Assembly (NCBI GenBank): GCA_963843845.1 | Contig: CAWJMB010000002.1 | Coordinates: forward strand, 2,176,001 to 2,240,000 | Source: an uncultured Gemmatimonadaceae bacterium | Lineage (GTDB): Bacteria; Gemmatimonadota; Gemmatimonadetes; Gemmatimonadales; Gemmatimonadaceae | Direction of reading: 5' to 3' | DNA: 64,000 nt | Shown here: in pieces, positions 63,544 through 64,000 of the stretch | Layout: every line of letters begins with the position of its first letter | Numbering within the stretch: the stretch's first letter is position 1 | Position numbers and translations under genes: made by a program | The notes under the pieces: model-generated | The model's input: only the letters and a program-made list of their open reading frames with translations | Told to the model about the DNA's origin: nothing | Databases searched by the model: none

Positions 63544-64000
63544 CTAGCGTCGCGCGATATCATCGCGCGTCGGCGACGGACGCTCGCCGTGACCGGCGGC
63601 GGCGTGCAGCACGCGCGCGGTGTCGTGCGCGGTGCGGCGCCACGAGAATGCCTCGGCGCGGCGCCTACCGGACGCGACGAGCTCTGCCCGTCGCTCCCCC
63701 GACCGCAGGAGGCAGTCTATCGCGTCGGCCATCGCCTCGGGATCGTTCGGCGGTACCAGCATGGCGGCATCGCCCGCGACTTCCACCACGGCCCGGATCG
63801 CGCTCGCGATGACGGGCGTGCCCGCAGCCATCGCCTCGACGACGGGGAGGCCGAACCCTTCGTAGCGCGACGGAAAGAGCAGCGCCTCGGCGCGTGCGTA
63901 GAGCGCCGTGAGCAGCTCGTCGCTCACCTCGCCGAGCTCCACGACGAACGGCTGATTCGGATCGGAGTCTGGACCCGCGACCACGGGGACTCCGAATCGC
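63544..64000 (-). CDS. Glycosyltransferase family 4, C-terminal part (runs off window end)
   Basis: LY..A.ALLFPSRYEGFGLPVVEAMAAGTPVI, EVAGDAA, FSW..TA. Confidence 0.92.
   Translation of the reverse strand, partial: RFGVPVVAGPDSDPNQPFVVELGEVSDELLTALYARAEALLFPSRYEGFGLPVVEAMAAGTPVIASAIRAVVEVAGDAAMLVPPNDPEAMADAIDCLLRSGERRAELVASGRRRAEAFSWRRTAHDTARVLHAAAGHGERPSPTRDDIARR

Overview
Very GC-rich bacterial chromosomal segment; gene content and order suggest Gemmatimonadota (inference, not verified by search). Bases 1-52.8 kb are mostly minus-strand housekeeping genes: lysC/asd/M20 peptidase, recN-nadK-dxs-ispA-xseBA-folD-rny-zapA, pheST, infC-rpmI-rplT, rex, rsmA, an RsbU/W/V-like partner-switching trio, pta-coaD-rsmD, recJ, dnaG, mutS2, the hemW-hrcA-dnaJ-prmA-rsmE cluster, dprA, obgE, mlaEFD and a heptose kinase, plus four tRNAs (Leu-TAA, Gly-GCC, Ile2-CAT, Val-CAC). 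From 52.9 kb to the end is a surface-polysaccharide locus (SLBB export protein, two Wzi-like proteins, GT4 enzymes, flippase, six-repeat lipoprotein). About ten genes, several essential, carry 1-nt indels, most likely assembly errors. Best leads: (1) the octamer GCCTAACG/CGTTAGGC recurs at least 13 times in several reading frames, forces rare TTA codons and was not seen in the polysaccharide locus, suggesting a DNA-level chromosomal signal; (2) a promoter-driven pair of an (AKA)n histone-H1-like protein with a Cys/His domain and a DdrA/Rad52-family protein with a zinc ribbon and SSB-like DEEIPF tail, divergent from a ferritin-like gene; (3) a 6S-RNA-like rod between zapA and rny; (4) an attenuator-like leader and AUU start for infC; (5) a perfect Rex operator.
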